Shown piece by piece: positions 61,923 through 64,000 of a stretch of DNA of 64,000 bases. The stretch comes from an uncultured cyanobacterium (GTDB lineage Bacteria; Cyanobacteriota; Cyanobacteriia; Cyanobacteriales; Nostocaceae): contig CAVUDP010000001.1 in NCBI GenBank assembly GCA_963740315.1, forward strand, positions 576,001 through 640,000, in the 5' to 3' direction. How positions within the stretch are numbered: position 1 is the stretch's first letter; every line of letters begins with the position of its first letter. Below the pieces are notes generated by a model, which saw only the letters and a list, made by a program, of their open reading frames with translations, was not told the DNA's origin and made no database searches. The position numbers and the translations under genes were made by a program.

Positions 61923-63809
61923 TTACAGTGCTTGAACTCGATTTAAATAAGAACTTAAAATATCTCCTTCTAAGACTTCATGTTCTAGAAGATGTTGGGC
62001 GATTTCTTCGAGTAAGTCACGATTGGTTTTGAGAATTAACTGTGCCCGATCGTGGGCATTGTCTATAATTTCTTTGACTTCTCTGTCGATCGCTGCTGCT
62101 ACTACAGGGCTTACAGTACGACGGGAATTATAGGAACCCTCTAGAAACGAGGATTGCGGTTTTTCCATTGCGATCGGTCCTAGTTGGCTCATACCGTAAA
62201 CTGTAACTGCTCGTTCGGCTAAATCGGTTGCTTTTTGAATGTCATCGCTTGCACCTGTGGAAACTTTACCAAAAACAACTTCTTCGGCACTTCGTCCAGC
62301 TAATAAGGTGGTAATTCTAGCATGAAGTTCATCTTCTAACATTAAAAAGCGATCTTCTCCTGGTAGTTGCAATGTGTAGCCTAAAGCACCTACCCCTCTG
62401 GGAACAATGGAAATTTTTTCTATTTGACCTGATACTAATGCACCAACTATTGCATGACCGGATTCGTGATAAGCAACGATTTCTCTTTCGGTTTCGTTGA
62501 GTACGCGAGATTTTTTCTCTAAACCTGCGATTAATCTTTCTAAAGCTTCATTAAAATCTGCCATAGTTACGGCTTCGCGATGCTCTCTTGCGGCTAACAA
62601 TGCTGCTTCATTGATCAAATTGGCTAAATCTGCACCTGTAAAACCTGGTGTACGCGCCGCAATTATACTTAAGTCTATGTTGTTGTGTAACTTGACTTCT
62701 TGCGTATGAACTTGCAAAATAGCCAAACGTCCGAGCCTATCTGGACGGTCAACTACTACTTGTCTATCGAAACGTCCGGGACGAAGCAAGGCTTTGTCTA
62801 ATATTTCTGGTCGGTTAGTCGCAGCGATGATAATTATTCCCGTATTTGCTTCAAAACCATCCATCTGCGTTAACATCTGGTCGAGAGTTTGTTCGCGTTC
62901 GTCGTTACTTCCTGCAAACGTCCCAGAACTGTCTCTGGACTTACCCAAAGCATCTAATTCATCGATAAATATAATACAGGGAGACAACTGCTTTGCTTGT
63001 TCAAACAAATCTCGGACTCTTGCAGCGCCTACCCCTACAAACATCTCCATAAATTCAGAACCGGAAGTACTAATAAAAGTAACTCCAGCTTCCCCGGCAA
63101 CTGCTTTAGCTAAAAGAGTTTTACCAGTTCCTGGGGATCCGACTAATAAAACTCCTTTAGGAATTTTCGCCCCTATTTGAGTATATCGATCGGGATTTTT
63201 GAGAAAATTTACTACTTCTTCTAACTCTGCTTTCGCTTCATCAATTCCAGCAACATCAGCAAAAGTGACTCCAACTCCGTTAACGCCTTCTAAATAGACT
63301 CTAGCTTTACTTTTTGCAAGGTTAAGAGGATTTGAAGAAGTGCCCAATCCAAATTGGAAGCGAGTAGCTATCCAACCCAATATTAAGAAGAATAATACTG
63401 ACGGAACAAACCAACCTAAAGCTGAAAATATCCAGTTTCCCTCACCATTTTGAACTCCAAATTCCACATTGTTATCTTCTAACAACTTTGGCAATGTTTC
63501 GTCTTGTGGTAAAGGAACGGTAATGTAGGCTTTATCGGGACGAGTTGATTTACCAGATTTAGATTTTTCCGCTCGATCTAAATCTTTTCTGAGAAAGTAT
63601 TCTACTTTGTTTTCAGCTACTATAACTTTGCCTACTTTACCTTGTCTTATTTGATTGCGAAATTTACTGTAAGGAACCTCCGTTGCATTAGGTGCATTAA
63701 ACAAAGGGAAGAAACCTAAAAGTAAAAATAACAATACAATTGCGAGCAAACAACCACCAAAATTACTTTGTTTTGGTGAATTTGGGTATCGATCGTTTTC
63801 AATTTGCAT
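61923..63809 (-). CDS. ftsH: ATP-dependent zinc metalloprotease FtsH (paralog identity not assigned)
   Basis: Two TMs, GSPGTGKT, IFIDELD, ALLRPGRFDR and HESGH. Confidence 0.95.
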   Translation of the reverse strand: MQIENDRYPNSPKQSNFGGCLLAIVLLFLLLGFFPLFNAPNATEVPYSKFRNQIRQGKVGKVIVAENKVEYFLRKDLDRAEKSKSGKSTRPDKAYITVPLPQDETLPKLLEDNNVEFGVQNGEGNWIFSALGWFVPSVLFFLILGWIATRFQFGLGTSSNPLNLAKSKARVYLEGVNGVGVTFADVAGIDEAKAELEEVVNFLKNPDRYTQIGAKIPKGVLLVGSPGTGKTLLAKAVAGEAGVTFISTSGSEFMEMFVGVGAARVRDLFEQAKQLSPCIIFIDELDALGKSRDSSGTFAGSNDEREQTLDQMLTQMDGFEANTGIIIIAATNRPEILDKALLRPGRFDRQVVVDRPDRLGRLAILQVHTQEVKLHNNIDLSIIAARTPGFTGADLANLINEAALLAAREHREAVTMADFNEALERLIAGLEKKSRVLNETEREIVAYHESGHAIVGALVSGQIEKISIVPRGVGALGYTLQLPGEDRFLMLEDELHARITTLLAGRSAEEVVFGKVSTGASDDIQKATDLAERAVTVYGMSQLGPIAMEKPQSSFLEGSYNSRRTVSPVVAAAIDREVKEIIDNAHDRAQLILKTNRDLLEEIAQHLLEHEVLEGDILSSYLNRVQAL

Positions 63810-64000
63810 AAAGGGTTTTACAGTTGAGTAAAAAGGTTGTACAGCGAACCTTATATTTACCCTGATAGCTTAAAGCCATATATATTATTGTAAAGTAATT
63901 TTTTCGATTTTATTGTTAACTTGGCAACGGTTGATATATATTGTAAACTTTATATTTCAAAACCGCTTTTTTGTATCAATAAAATTATTAAATAACAAAA

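Overview
This is an AT-rich chromosomal window from a filamentous, probably heterocyst-forming (Nostocales-like) cyanobacterium, judged from HIP1 GCGATCGC sites, heptamer STRR tracts and pec genes. 1-11.7 kb (minus strand) holds the canonical pecBACEF-cpcBACDEF-cpcG1/G2/G4-type phycobilisome cluster. It is followed by rluD, an orphan PatA-type receiver, a HEAT protein, and a TPR-CHAT gene broken by a deletion and fused to the tail of its neighbour. Next is a five-gene Ptx/Pix-like chemosensory operon that looks pared down: its CheY carries in-frame deletions and its MCP has a single GAF without a bilin Cys. A type I secretion module follows (unannotated 58-aa membrane microprotein, PpiC-type foldase, PPC-only cargo, frameshifted HlyB with an inactive C39-like domain, HlyD), lying downstream of a five-GAF cyanobacteriochrome histidine kinase. 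The rest contains an S9 peptidase, an HTH-NACHT/nblA/small-ORF cluster, fasciclin, a Pro-Glu-linker surface protein, agmatinase, a long RluA, argD, rbp-rpsU, a Gfo oxidoreductase, a 2111-aa propeller/cadherin/RTX adhesin, dGTPase and FtsH. Intergenic regions are full of STRRs, short dispersed repeats and MITEs. No rRNA, tRNA, CRISPR array or intact transposase was seen. All family calls come from motif recognition, not database searches.
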